Below, piece after piece: positions 23,506 to 32,000 of a stretch of 32,000 nt of DNA; within the stretch, counting starts at the first letter, position 1, and each line of letters opens with the position of its first letter. The stretch spans positions 1 to 32,000 of the forward strand of contig LVZN01000005.1 of NCBI GenBank assembly GCA_001695645.1, in the 5' to 3' direction. Below the pieces are notes generated by a model. It searched no databases. It saw only the letters and a list, made by a program, of their open reading frames with translations, and was not told the DNA's origin. The stretch is from Erysipelotrichaceae bacterium MTC7. GTDB taxonomy: Bacteria > Bacillota_I > Bacilli_A > Erysipelotrichales > Erysipelotrichaceae. The position numbers and the translations under genes are program-made.

Positions 23506-24937
23506 AGTACGCGTGCGCTATGCGCCTAGTCCAACAGGACATTTACATATTGGAAATGCAAGAACTGCATTGTTTAACTACCTATATGCAAAACATTATG
23601 ATGGAGATTTCATCTTCCGTTTGGAAGATACAGATATCGCAAGAAATATTGAGGGTGGAGAAGAATCACAGCTTAAAAATCTTGCATGGTTAGGCATTGT
23701 GCCTGATGAAAGCCCATTCCAACCACAAGAAAAATATGGACCATATCGTCAAATGGAAGCACTTGATATTTACGATAAAATTGTTGAAGAACTAATTGAA
23801 AAAGGACATGCATACAGATGTTACTGTACGCCAGAAGAATTGGCAGAAGAAAAAGAACGTCAAGAAGCAGCAGGACTTGCTCCTATGTACAATGGACACT
23901 GTCGCAATCTAAGTGAAGAAGCAATTAAAGCTTACGAAGAAGAAGGACGTCCATATACGATTCGTTTAAAAGTACCCGAAGGAAAAACCTATACCTTTGA
24001 TGATATGATTCGTGGTGAAGTGAGTTTTGAATCGAAAGATATCGGTGATTGGGTGATCGTAAAAAGCAATGGAATTCCAACATATAACTTTGCAGTTGTT
24101 GTGGATGACCACCGTATGGAAATAACGAATGTGTTCCGTGGAGAAGAACATATTTCAAACACACCAAAACAATTGATGTTGTATGATATGTTAGGATGGG
24201 AACCACCACGTTATGGACACATGACAATTATCGTAAATGAAAATCACAAGAAACTAAGTAAACGAGATCAAAACGTGATGCAATTCGTATCACAATACGA
24301 AGAAGAAGGATATTTGCCTGAGGCGATGTTTAACTTCTTAGCATTGCTAGGTTGGTCACCAGAAGGTGAAGAAGAAATCTTCTCAAAAGAAGAGTTAATT
24401 AAAATCTTTGATGAAAAACGATTAAGTAAAAGTCCAAGTATGTTTGATAAAAACAAACTAACATGGATCAATAACCGTTACATGAAAGCAAAAGATTTGG
24501 ATGAGGTTGTCACAATGTGTAAGCCGTACTTGCTAGAAGCATATGATTTAAGTGAAAAAAGTGATGCTTGGATTCATGATTTGATTGGTTTATATCATGA
24601 TCAAATGTCATATGGAAAAGAAATTGTTGAGTTGGTAAGTCTATTCTTTAAAGATGATTACACACTTGATGAACAAGGAAAAGAAGTTATGTCTTGGGAA
24701 ACTACACCAGTTGTTGTTAAAGGTTTTGCTAGTGAACTTGAAGCCATTGAAGACTGGAGTGCAGAAAATGTAAAAGTTGCACTTAAAGCGACACAAAAAG
24801 CCACAGGTATTAAAGGAAAACCATTATTTATGGGATTACGTGTTGCGATTACTGCACAAGAACATGGACCGGATTTAACACAAACAGTTACTTTATTAGG
24901 AAAAGAAAAGGTACTTGCACGCTTATGCTCAATTTAA
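23498..24937 (+). CDS. gltX: Glutamate--tRNA ligase
   Basis: [25 protein letters not shown] carries the HIGH motif and KLSKR is the KMSKS motif. RBS AAAGGAGA is present. It overlaps the ispF stop by 8 nt. Confidence 0.95.
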   Translation: MSRVRVRYAPSPTGHLHIGNARTALFNYLYAKHYDGDFIFRLEDTDIARNIEGGEESQLKNLAWLGIVPDESPFQPQEKYGPYRQMEALDIYDKIVEELIEKGHAYRCYCTPEELAEEKERQEAAGLAPMYNGHCRNLSEEAIKAYEEEGRPYTIRLKVPEGKTYTFDDMIRGEVSFESKDIGDWVIVKSNGIPTYNFAVVVDDHRMEITNVFRGEEHISNTPKQLMLYDMLGWEPPRYGHMTIIVNENHKKLSKRDQNVMQFVSQYEEEGYLPEAMFNFLALLGWSPEGEEEIFSKEELIKIFDEKRLSKSPSMFDKNKLTWINNRYMKAKDLDEVVTMCKPYLLEAYDLSEKSDAWIHDLIGLYHDQMSYGKEIVELVSLFFKDDYTLDEQGKEVMSWETTPVVVKGFASELEAIEDWSAENVKVALKATQKATGIKGKPLFMGLRVAITAQEHGPDLTQTVTLLGKEKVLARLCSI

Positions 24938-25461
24938 TGCAAAGCGAACGGCTGTACCTTAGAAAACTTACACTAGATGATGCAAAGGAATTGTTTGTTT
25001 TGGCAAGTGATCCAGATGTTGGGATTCATGCAGGATGGAAACCACATGCATCAATTGAAGAAACAGAAGAAGTATTAGATACGATTTTGATTAACGATAA
25101 CAACTTTGGAATTTTCTTGAAAGAGGGAGATGTGCTTATTGGATGTGTGGGAATCCAAAAAGATTTACATCGAACCGCTTTTATGAAAACCATTGGTTAT
25201 TGGATTGGAAAAGCATATTGGGGTCATGGTTATGTAGTAGAAGCTTCAAGAATCATCTTGGATCAACTATTTTTTGAAGAACATGAACCATATGTTAGTA
25301 TCAATCACTACGCAACCAATGATCGAAGTCGACGTGTAATTGAAAAGCTAGGGTTTAAAAAAGAGGGAATGCTCGTACAAGGTGCAAAAGATACCATGGG
25401 TAATGTGCATGATATTGTACTGTACGTGTTAAGTGAAAATGATTATAAGGAGACAAGATGA
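24925..25461 (+). CDS. GNAT-family N-acetyltransferase (RimJ/RimL-like)
   Basis: [17 protein letters not shown] terminus, [13 protein letters not shown], and [17 protein letters not shown]. The start is either ATG 24925 or the TAATG-coupled ATG 24937. Confidence 0.85.
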   Translation: MLNLMQSERLYLRKLTLDDAKELFVLASDPDVGIHAGWKPHASIEETEEVLDTILINDNNFGIFLKEGDVLIGCVGIQKDLHRTAFMKTIGYWIGKAYWGHGYVVEASRIILDQLFFEEHEPYVSINHYATNDRSRRVIEKLGFKKEGMLVQGAKDTMGNVHDIVLYVLSENDYKETR

Positions 25462-26342
25462 ATAAACTGAAAAAAATAACTGCAGTTGCTACTTTAGGGT
25501 TGGTAATGCTAACAGGATGTGGTTCAAGTGCAAAAGACAAAGCGTTAGAAACACTTGATTTGGTAGGAAAAGCAGAACAAGCGAGTTCATATAAAACGGA
25601 TGTAAATTACACGATGAACTTAAATGCCTCTTACCAAGAACAAACGTTGGAAATGGCATTGAAGATGGATTTTGCCATCGATGTTCTTGTTGATGCGAAT
25701 AAAATGCATTCCCAAGGAAACATGGATATCAACTTTATGGGAAACCAACAAAAAGTTGCACTTGATATGTATGGATACAGTGACGGAGATGCTTATGTAT
25801 TAGCTACAAATGATGGTTCATCTGATGTTTGGAGAACACAAACGGTGGAACAGTTACCAGATGCAACCATCCAAAAGGAATCTATTAAAACCCTTCGTGA
25901 GATGAAAATGTTGCGAGGGATGGATGGAGATAAAGTAAAAGGTAAAAAAACCAACAAAGTTGTTGGTGAAATTGAATATGAGACATTAGCAGACATGATA
26001 CAAATCTTAGGTACGGGTGAACAAATGGTTGGAATTGAGGACTATAAGGGAATGACATTCCCAGTAACCTACCAATTCTATGCAGATGATAACCGTCTTG
26101 CATCTGTTACAGTTGATATGAAATCAGCGATGAAAGAAGCGATGATAAAATCAATAGGAACAGAAGAGGCGGAAATTAATATAGATGCAGCAGAGTTTAC
26201 AATGATTTGCTACGACTATAATGAAGTCAAAGATTTTACCATTCCGGAAATCAAAACAGAAGATTCAACAGATGCTAGTGATGATGAAGCGTTTGTATTG
26301 CCAACGTTCTATCTTGGAGAAAATGAAAAAGTATTTGCCTAG
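25458..26342 (+). CDS. Putative lipoprotein
   Basis: Signal peptide with lipobox LTGC ([24 protein letters not shown]). RBS AAGGAGA is present, and the ATGA overlaps the upstream gene. Function unknown. Confidence 0.8.
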   Translation: MNKLKKITAVATLGLVMLTGCGSSAKDKALETLDLVGKAEQASSYKTDVNYTMNLNASYQEQTLEMALKMDFAIDVLVDANKMHSQGNMDINFMGNQQKVALDMYGYSDGDAYVLATNDGSSDVWRTQTVEQLPDATIQKESIKTLREMKMLRGMDGDKVKGKKTNKVVGEIEYETLADMIQILGTGEQMVGIEDYKGMTFPVTYQFYADDNRLASVTVDMKSAMKEAMIKSIGTEEAEINIDAAEFTMICYDYNEVKDFTIPEIKTEDSTDASDDEAFVLPTFYLGENEKVFA

Positions 26343-26357
26343 GCAAATACTTTTTTT
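26331..26357. terminator. Bidirectional terminator between convergent genes
   Basis: GTATTTGCC pairs with GGCAAATAC and is followed by T7 on the + strand. An A-rich run precedes it, which serves the - strand. Confidence 0.75.
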
Positions 26358-26358
26358 C

Positions 26359-27372
26359 TTACTTATCTGCAGGGAACGTAATACCTGCTTCTATTCTTGC
26401 ATGATAGAGTACATCCATAACATCACGACTGTGGTCAAGTAGTTTCCAACATGCTTCATAGTCGTTGTTTTCAACTATTTTTTGGAAAGTTTCAACTTCA
26501 TATGCCATGTGGAAGTGTTGTTCCACACCGATACGGTTTGTTGTGTTTTCTGGATTTGCAACATCGATTTGATCACCTTTTAGTGGTACTTTTTCTACGA
26601 CTGGGCAAACACCAGTGCTTCCTCCACTAACCTTCAATCCACCTTCATCTCCTTGTAGGTAGGTGAAGTAATCACTGCTACAATCCTTACATCCAATGAG
26701 GTTTGCTACAAAAGTATCGTATTGCATAACCAAGGTACCACTCGTATCGATTCCATTAAAGCCAATGTTTGGATAGTATTTAAAGCTTTTTGGTTTTCCA
26801 AATAAGCCCATTACAAAATGAATGTTGTAAATGTTGATATCCATTAAGGCTCCACCAGAGAATGCTGGGTTAAAGGCGTTGGTAACTTCTTCTTTTTTAT
26901 ATGCATCATAGCGAGATGAGTATTGAGAGAAGTTCAAAGTTGCAATTTTCATATGACCAAGTTTAGGCAGTTCAGCTTTCACTGTTGCATAATTAGGTAA
27001 ATGAATCGTAGTAATCGCTTCAAATAAAAATAGGTTTTTGGCTTTAGCGACCTCAATTAAATGTTCAGTTTCGGCCAATGTACTTGTAAACGGTTTTTCA
27101 CAAATGACATTTTTGTTTGCGTTCAATGCTTGTAGACTTTGTGCGTAGTGCAGTGCGTTTGGACTAGCCACATATACTGTATCAATGTTGTCATCTTCTA
27201 GCATTTTTTCAATCGAATCATAATATGCTGAAACTTCGTATTTTTCAGCGTATGCTTTTGCGTCATCAAGTTTTCTTGAATAGACAGCAACAAGGTCCAC
27301 TCCGTCATTCATCGAAATGGCTTTGATAAAGCGGTCAACGATCATTCCTCTACCAATGGTTGCGATTTTCAT
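26359..27372 (-). CDS. Gfo/Idh/MocA-family NAD(P)-dependent oxidoreductase
   Basis: N-terminal Rossmann motif MKIATIGRGMIVDRF and the VICEKPF motif. RBS AAGGAG lies 9 nt before ATG 27372. The ORF-track GTG 27393 contains that RBS. Confidence 0.85.
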   Translation of the reverse strand: MKIATIGRGMIVDRFIKAISMNDGVDLVAVYSRKLDDAKAYAEKYEVSAYYDSIEKMLEDDNIDTVYVASPNALHYAQSLQALNANKNVICEKPFTSTLAETEHLIEVAKAKNLFLFEAITTIHLPNYATVKAELPKLGHMKIATLNFSQYSSRYDAYKKEEVTNAFNPAFSGGALMDINIYNIHFVMGLFGKPKSFKYYPNIGFNGIDTSGTLVMQYDTFVANLIGCKDCSSDYFTYLQGDEGGLKVSGGSTGVCPVVEKVPLKGDQIDVANPENTTNRIGVEQHFHMAYEVETFQKIVENNDYEACWKLLDHSRDVMDVLYHARIEAGITFPADK

Positions 27373-27465
27373 AATTTCTAGCTCCTTTTTCACGTTTCTT
27401 ATAGTATCATCATATCACAAAATATTACGTTCCGTGTTATACTCTTACTATAAAGAGGTCCAAAT

Positions 27466-28707
27466 ATGCTAGAAAAAACAAGAGAAACAAAGGTTTTGCG
27501 TGATGTGATCCATGGTTACATTCATGTTGATTTGCAAATCATTTGGGAATTGATCGACAGTAAAGAATTTCAACGGTTACGAAGAATCCGACAGCTTGGA
27601 GGAGATTTTCAAGTGTACCACAATGCGGAGCATTCACGGTTTTCCCACTCTTTAGGAGTGTATGAAATCGTGCGACGTATGGTTCAAGAAGTTCATGATC
27701 TACAAATGAAACTCACAGAACGCGAAAAAGTCGTTGTCATGATTGCAGCTTTATTACACGATATTGGACACCTTCCATTTTCCCATGCCTTTGAGCATAT
27801 TTGTCCCATTCCTCATGAACAGTTCTCGTATGACATCATCATTGGTCATAGCGATGTCAATCGGATTTTATGCACCTATGATGATGAATTAGCTAGTGAG
27901 GTAGCAAGTGTTATCCACTATCAACATAAAAATCCGATTTTAAACCAAATTGTTTCTGGACAATTGGATGCAGATCGCATGGATTATTTGCTGCGTGATG
28001 CCTATTTTACGGGAACGAGTTATGGAGCCTTTGATTTAGAGCGTATCTTACGTACCATTCGCGTGAAAGATGATAAACTTGTCGTCAAGGAAAGTGGAAT
28101 TCATAGTGTTGAAAATTACATTATGGCACGCTACCATATGTATTGGCAGGTGTATTATCATCCGGTCTGTCGCTCGTATGAGATTGTCTTAAGCAACCTA
28201 TTTAAACGAATGTGTTACCTATACAATAAGGGCGATACAATGATTGAAGAACTACAGATGTTTGTCCCGTTCTTAGGGAATGAACCAACGATTTGTGATT
28301 ACTTTGATTTAGATGAGAATGCGGCATTTTATGGAATTGCAAGATTAACGAAATCTGAAGATGAGATTGTTGCAGATCTAGCAAGACGTTTGCTGAACCG
28401 TCGCCTTTTTGAATATGAAAATATCACCACTGAGCAAGATTATGACAATATGGTCAATCGCGTGAAAGCTGCAGGTTATGATCCAACCTATTACTGTGAG
28501 ATGGATACGATGTCACAATCACCATACTCACCATATGCTAAAGAAAGTGGTTCCAACATTTGGGTACTTACGGAGAGTGGCGAAGTTGCAGAGTTAAGTC
28601 AACGTAGTGTGATTGTAAAATCACTGGTTGAAGGAGATGTGAAAAAGGAAAGTAAAGTCTACTTTCCAGATTTAGGAGAAGTATATGGCAAAGATTGTGG
28701 ATGTTAG
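27466..28707 (+). CDS. HD-domain phosphohydrolase (YwfO / dNTP-triphosphohydrolase-like)
   Basis: HSRFSHSLGV, LLHDIGHLPFSH and DADRMDYLLRD motifs. RBS AAGAGG is present. Confidence 0.85.
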   Translation: MLEKTRETKVLRDVIHGYIHVDLQIIWELIDSKEFQRLRRIRQLGGDFQVYHNAEHSRFSHSLGVYEIVRRMVQEVHDLQMKLTEREKVVVMIAALLHDIGHLPFSHAFEHICPIPHEQFSYDIIIGHSDVNRILCTYDDELASEVASVIHYQHKNPILNQIVSGQLDADRMDYLLRDAYFTGTSYGAFDLERILRTIRVKDDKLVVKESGIHSVENYIMARYHMYWQVYYHPVCRSYEIVLSNLFKRMCYLYNKGDTMIEELQMFVPFLGNEPTICDYFDLDENAAFYGIARLTKSEDEIVADLARRLLNRRLFEYENITTEQDYDNMVNRVKAAGYDPTYYCEMDTMSQSPYSPYAKESGSNIWVLTESGEVAELSQRSVIVKSLVEGDVKKESKVYFPDLGEVYGKDCGC

Positions 28708-28927
28708 TAAAATATTAGAGATCAATAATATCTTGAAAGAGAAAGGTATTGCATATTCCTTACATAGCGTTGGTGCGTGTGGAGCAGAGTTTGTAGAACT
28801 AAGACAAAATGGAGAAGCACACGATGTGCAAGAGTTGTATGATATTATCAATTCGTATTTGCGAGCGTACTTTATGCAAGTGCAACCGGTAAAACCAGGG
28901 GCGTTACTGCTTAAAGTTGTTTCATAA
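28685..28927 (+). CDS. Hypothetical 80-aa protein, overlapping the HD gene by 23 nt
   Basis: RBS AGGAGA lies 5 nt before ATG 28685, and a terminator follows. No family recognised. Confidence 0.55.
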   Translation: MAKIVDVSKILEINNILKEKGIAYSLHSVGACGAEFVELRQNGEAHDVQELYDIINSYLRAYFMQVQPVKPGALLLKVVS

Positions 28928-28970
28928 CTATTACATAATGTTTGATTGCTATAAGAAGGTCTTATTTCAA

Positions 28971-29000
28971 AAACGCATGATGCTGTGGTATCATGCGTTT
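28971..29000 (+). terminator. Intrinsic terminator after the HD operon
   Basis: AAACGCATGAT pairs with ATCATGCGTTT, 8-nt loop, followed by a short T-rich tail. Confidence 0.7.
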
Positions 29001-29025
29001 GTTATGTCTGAAAGAGGTGTTATTC

Positions 29026-29982
29026 ATGCTTAAAACAATCATTCAAAAAGTACCGGTACCTTTAGCTGGGGTTATGCTAGCTACAGCATCACTGGGTAAT
29101 TTGTTGCAACCATACAGCACGAGCTTACAAACCATTTGTGGTGTTATTGGGTTTTGTTTACTTATTTTATGCGCTATCAAATTCATCATGTATCCAAAGA
29201 TGATTCATGAAGATCTAAAAAACCCAATAATTGCTAGTGTATCAACCACGTTTACCATGGGACTCATGGTAATGTGTACCTACTTCAATACATGGTTTGG
29301 AGGATCTGCCTTTTATCTGTGGTTAGCATCTATCATTTTGCATATTGGCTTAATGATTTACTTCACAATTTCATTTGTTATTCACCCAGTTTGGGATAAA
29401 GTGTTTGCGACATATTTCGTACCAATCGTAGGAATTGTTGTTGCAAGTGTTACGGCACCTGCATTTGGAATGCAAGACTTAGGTGTTATCATCTTCTGGT
29501 TTGGATTTGTGACATACCTATTATTAATTCCTTATGTAACGTATCGATACATGACACGTGAAGTAAAAATTGATGGAGAAAAACCATTGATTTGTATTTA
29601 TGCGGCTCCCGCATCACTGACGTTAGCTGGATACTTAAGTTGTGAAACAAACCCACAATTATGGGTGGTGTACTTCTTAATTGTACTTGCAACAGCTATG
29701 TGGTTATTCATTATGGCACAAATGCCAAAACTGTTAAAATTGGAATTCTTTCCATCGTATGCAGCAATGACCTTCCCATTTGTTATTAGTGCAGTGGCTA
29801 GTGGAAAAGCGGCAACCTTATTACAGCTGGATTGGTTGAAAACTGTGTCATTGGTTGAAACCGTTTGGGCGTGTACGATTGTAGCCTATGTAATTATACG
29901 CTATATCAAATACCTATTTATTGATACAGCAAGACCATATGCAAAAGCAACTAAGCAAAATGATGCATTTCGATCAGAATAA
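29026..29982 (+). CDS. TehA/TDT-family (SLAC1-like) anion/dicarboxylate transporter
   Basis: About 10 predicted TM segments with TehA-like spacing. RBS AAAGAGGTG precedes ATG 29026. The ORF-track ATG 28993 lies inside the upstream terminator. Confidence 0.7.
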   Translation: MLKTIIQKVPVPLAGVMLATASLGNLLQPYSTSLQTICGVIGFCLLILCAIKFIMYPKMIHEDLKNPIIASVSTTFTMGLMVMCTYFNTWFGGSAFYLWLASIILHIGLMIYFTISFVIHPVWDKVFATYFVPIVGIVVASVTAPAFGMQDLGVIIFWFGFVTYLLLIPYVTYRYMTREVKIDGEKPLICIYAAPASLTLAGYLSCETNPQLWVVYFLIVLATAMWLFIMAQMPKLLKLEFFPSYAAMTFPFVISAVASGKAATLLQLDWLKTVSLVETVWACTIVAYVIIRYIKYLFIDTARPYAKATKQNDAFRSE

Positions 29983-29986
29983 AAAG

Positions 29987-30010
29987 ATAACCTTCGGGTT
30001 ATTTTTTTTT
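29987..30010 (+). terminator. Intrinsic terminator after the transporter gene
   Basis: ATAACC-ttcg-GGTTAT followed by T8-9. Confidence 0.8.
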
Positions 30011-30103
30011 AATGAGCACTTTGCGCGCTTCTTTTTCATTTCTATGGTAAAGATATAGTATAGAGATATTTAGTAAAACATAAGGAAAAAGGAGATAGTT
30101 ATT

Positions 30104-30697
30104 ATGGCAAAAGTATTGTATATTAAAGCAAACCCGAAAACGGTAGAAAACTCAATCACGTTTCAAATGTCTGAGGCATTTGTTGAAGCGTACAAGAAAA
30201 ATCACCCAGAGGATGAAATTACAACGTTGGACTTATACGAAGAAGAAATGCGCTTTCTAACGGGTGATGATATTAACCAAATGTTTGGTGGAAAAGATTT
30301 TGATATTAAGGAGCGTGCAAAGCAATTTGCTGCCGCTGATAAATATATCATTGCTGCCCCACTTTGGAATTTATCAATTCCAGCAATTTTAAAAGCATAT
30401 ATTGATTACGTCATGTATGTAGGAATTTCATTTAAGTATACAGAACATGGACCGATTGGTTTATTGGAAAATAAAAAAGCGGTTTACGTTGTAGCACGCG
30501 GAGGTGACTATACATCACCACAAATGGCTGCTATTGAAATGGGAGAACGCTACTTGCGTACAGTCTTTGGTTTTATGGGTATTCAAAACATAGAAACAAT
30601 CGCGTGTGAAAACACAAATGTATTGCAAGGCCAGGCATTAACAAACGCAATTGCAACATCGGTGCAACGTGCAGTTGATGCAGCAGAAACATTCTAA
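30104..30697 (+). CDS. azoR: FMN-dependent NADH-azoreductase
   Basis: 197 aa with a flavodoxin-like fold. The MAKVLYIKANPK N terminus and PLWNLSIPAILKAYIDYV motif are typical of AzoR/AcpD. RBS AAAGGAGA is present. Confidence 0.85.
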   Translation: MAKVLYIKANPKTVENSITFQMSEAFVEAYKKNHPEDEITTLDLYEEEMRFLTGDDINQMFGGKDFDIKERAKQFAAADKYIIAAPLWNLSIPAILKAYIDYVMYVGISFKYTEHGPIGLLENKKAVYVVARGGDYTSPQMAAIEMGERYLRTVFGFMGIQNIETIACENTNVLQGQALTNAIATSVQRAVDAAETF

Positions 30698-30704
30698 TCA
30701 AAAA

Positions 30705-30734
30705 AGAGCATCTACTGAGGTAGGTGCTTTCATT
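30705..30734 (+). terminator. Intrinsic terminator after azoR
   Basis: AGAGCATCTAC pairs with GTAGGTGCTTT (two G-U), loop TGAG, with a weak T-run. Confidence 0.5.
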
Positions 30735-30809
30735 ATGTGTAAGTGTAATAATATGAACGTATTCGAATGTAGGAAACCCACAATCCTGCTGACTACGATA
30801 CAAAAGAAA

Positions 30810-30835
30810 AGCACCCGCAGAATCCTGTTGGTGCT
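30810..30835 (-). terminator. Terminator downstream of tRNA-Gly (may work in both directions)
   Basis: AGCACC pairs with GGTGCT, with inner GCAG/CTGT pairing. The minus strand is followed by TTTTCTTTT and the plus strand by ATTTTTAT. Confidence 0.6.
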
Positions 30836-30846
30836 ATTTTTATAAA

Positions 30847-30920
30847 TGGAGCGGGTGATGAGAATCGAACTCACGTAGTCAGCTTGGAAGGCTGAAGTTC
30901 TACCATTAAACTACACCCGC
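30847..30920 (-). tRNA. tRNA-Gly (anticodon UCC), CCA encoded
   Basis: The minus strand reads GCGGGTGTAGTTTAATGGTAGAACTTCAGCCTTCCAAGCTGACTACGTGAGTTCGATTCTCATCACCCGCTCCA. It forms a cloverleaf with a 7-bp acceptor stem, anticodon loop CTTCCAA and T-loop TTCGATT. Confidence 0.95.
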
Positions 30921-30989
30921 ATGTATGTCAGCCTTCCAAGATTATAAGACCTATATCTTATAACTATTGAAAAGCGCATACTTAATTTA

Positions 30990-31559
30990 TCATTTTTGAA
31001 TTAAAAAATCAAGTCCTTTGTGTTGTAAAGCACGAACAATTTTAGCTGGTGCATTTTGCTTATAGATCAAACCAACTTTGGCCAAGATGGAGTTGAAGTT
31101 GGTGAGTCCATCATGTTCATGTGTATATTCATATTCAATTTCATAGTCGGTTTTGTCACCATAGGTATTGATATCAAAACAAAGTTCGTAGCCATCACCA
31201 ATAAACATCGCTCGTTTTGTAGTTAAACTTGCAACTTGCACAAATGGGCCTTCAAGATGGAATTTTGCCAACACCTTTTTGATTTGGGCATCATCAAAAA
31301 CGGCTGGATCGACTTGTTCAACGATTTGCTCGTACTCAATTAAATTATCATCCTTGATTTCCTTAAGGGTGAAGAGTTTGGTTCCAGCACTTTCACGAAT
31401 TCGCATCGCTCCTTTTTGTTTCATGATTTCATAAGATTCATTATCATAGTAGTAATTCGTTTGCGTGATGAAGTCAATCTCAGGATAGTTTGTGATCAAT
31501 TGATCAAACTGCTCTTTACTTACAAGAATTTTGTATTCTTTCTCAATATGTGTTTTCAT
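30990..31559 (-). CDS. CYTH-domain (triphosphate tunnel metalloenzyme, YjbK-like) protein
   Basis: The N-terminal ExExK signature (HIEKEYKIL) and beta-rich length of 189 aa fit the family, as does adjacency to ppnK, which is seen with yjbK in Bacillus. Start ATG 31559 was chosen because the ORF-track extension to 31757 would overlap the ppnK start and its promoter. Confidence 0.75.
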   Translation of the reverse strand: MKTHIEKEYKILVSKEQFDQLITNYPEIDFITQTNYYYDNESYEIMKQKGAMRIRESAGTKLFTLKEIKDDNLIEYEQIVEQVDPAVFDDAQIKKVLAKFHLEGPFVQVASLTTKRAMFIGDGYELCFDINTYGDKTDYEIEYEYTHEHDGLTNFNSILAKVGLIYKQNAPAKIVRALQHKGLDFLIQK

Positions 31560-31565
31560 ACAAAT

Positions 31566-31574
31566 ATCATACCA
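31566..31574 (-). promoter_or_regulatory. Extended -10 (TGgTATGAT) 6 nt upstream of ATG 31559
   Basis: The minus strand reads aataTGgTATGATatttgtATG. No SD lies within 20 nt. Confidence 0.4.
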
Positions 31575-31704
31575 TATTATCTTCCTTACAACAGTAAAAG
31601 GGATGTAATTGTACATATCTTTGCACTTGCTTGTGGTATGATAGAAGTGGTAAGGATCGTGATTGGTTCGCGATTTGAAAAGCAAAGTAAGGAAGGATAA
31701 GGCA

Positions 31705-32000
31705 ATGAGAAGATTTTCAGTGTATGTAAAAAATGATGCGAAATCACAAAACATCAAAACTAAAATTGTGGAGGAGTTACTTCAACATAATTTTATCGTT
31801 GATGACCAAGAACCGGATCTTGTAGTTTGTGTGGGTGGTGATGGAACCATTCTAAGTGCAGTGCACCATTTTTTACACCAACTAGAAGCAATTGAGTTTG
31901 TTGCCATTCATACTGGCACACTCGGTTTCTTTACAGATTATACAGAAAATGAAGTCGATCGCTGCATTCAAGATATTATTGAAGACAATGTCTATGAAGT
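31705..32000 (+). CDS. ppnK: NAD kinase (5' part; runs off the window)
   Basis: Not in the ORF track because the frame is open-ended. RBS AAGGAAGGA is present. The product MRRFSVYVKNDAKS...DLVVCVGGDGTILSAVH carries the GGDGT motif. Confidence 0.88.
   Translation, partial: MRRFSVYVKNDAKSQNIKTKIVEELLQHNFIVDDQEPDLVVCVGGDGTILSAVHHFLHQLEAIEFVAIHTGTLGFFTDYTENEVDRCIQDIIEDNVYE

Noticed and set aside
1-32000. Scan for CRISPR arrays, IS or transposase ends, integrases, toxin-antitoxin pairs, restriction-modification or other defence genes.
   Set aside because: No regularly spaced direct repeats, no terminal inverted repeats flanking ORFs and no recognisable catalytic motifs of these families were seen.

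Overview
Low-GC Firmicute-type (Bacillota) chromosomal window, almost entirely + strand. The backbone is housekeeping: glgB-glgP, msrAB, HAD hydrolase-ispD, rpsF-ssb-rpsR, mutS-mutL-miaA, ispF-gltX-GNAT-lipoprotein, a Gfo/Idh/MocA oxidoreductase (-), an HD-domain phosphohydrolase with a small overlapping ORF, a TehA/TDT-type transporter, azoR, tRNA-Gly(UCC) (-), a CYTH protein (-) and the 5' end of ppnK. Three monocistronic genes for large secreted surface proteins sit between these blocks: VWA; LRR; VWA plus six MucBP-like repeats. Points most worth follow-up: (i) all three surface proteins end in a tripartite sorting-signal-like C terminus whose motif is LP[SA][IV]AT[GY], not LPXTG, and no sortase is in the window. 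(ii) Two of them are preceded by paralogous ~215-245 nt 5' leaders ending in a conserved intrinsic terminator just before the RBS, with a compensatory base-pair swap between the copies. (iii) A third, gene-less promoter-leader-terminator module lies in tandem (332-bp offset) in the 804-bp gap at 18.6-19.4 kb. (iv) An orphan promoter-terminator unit (candidate sRNA) lies upstream of mutS. (v) Four genes have (TGn)TATAAT-N6/7-ATG geometry and no Shine-Dalgarno, making them candidate leaderless mRNAs. I saw no CRISPR, transposase, integrase, rRNA, transcription factor or recognisable defence gene. All family calls come from motif recognition by eye; no database search or folding program was run.
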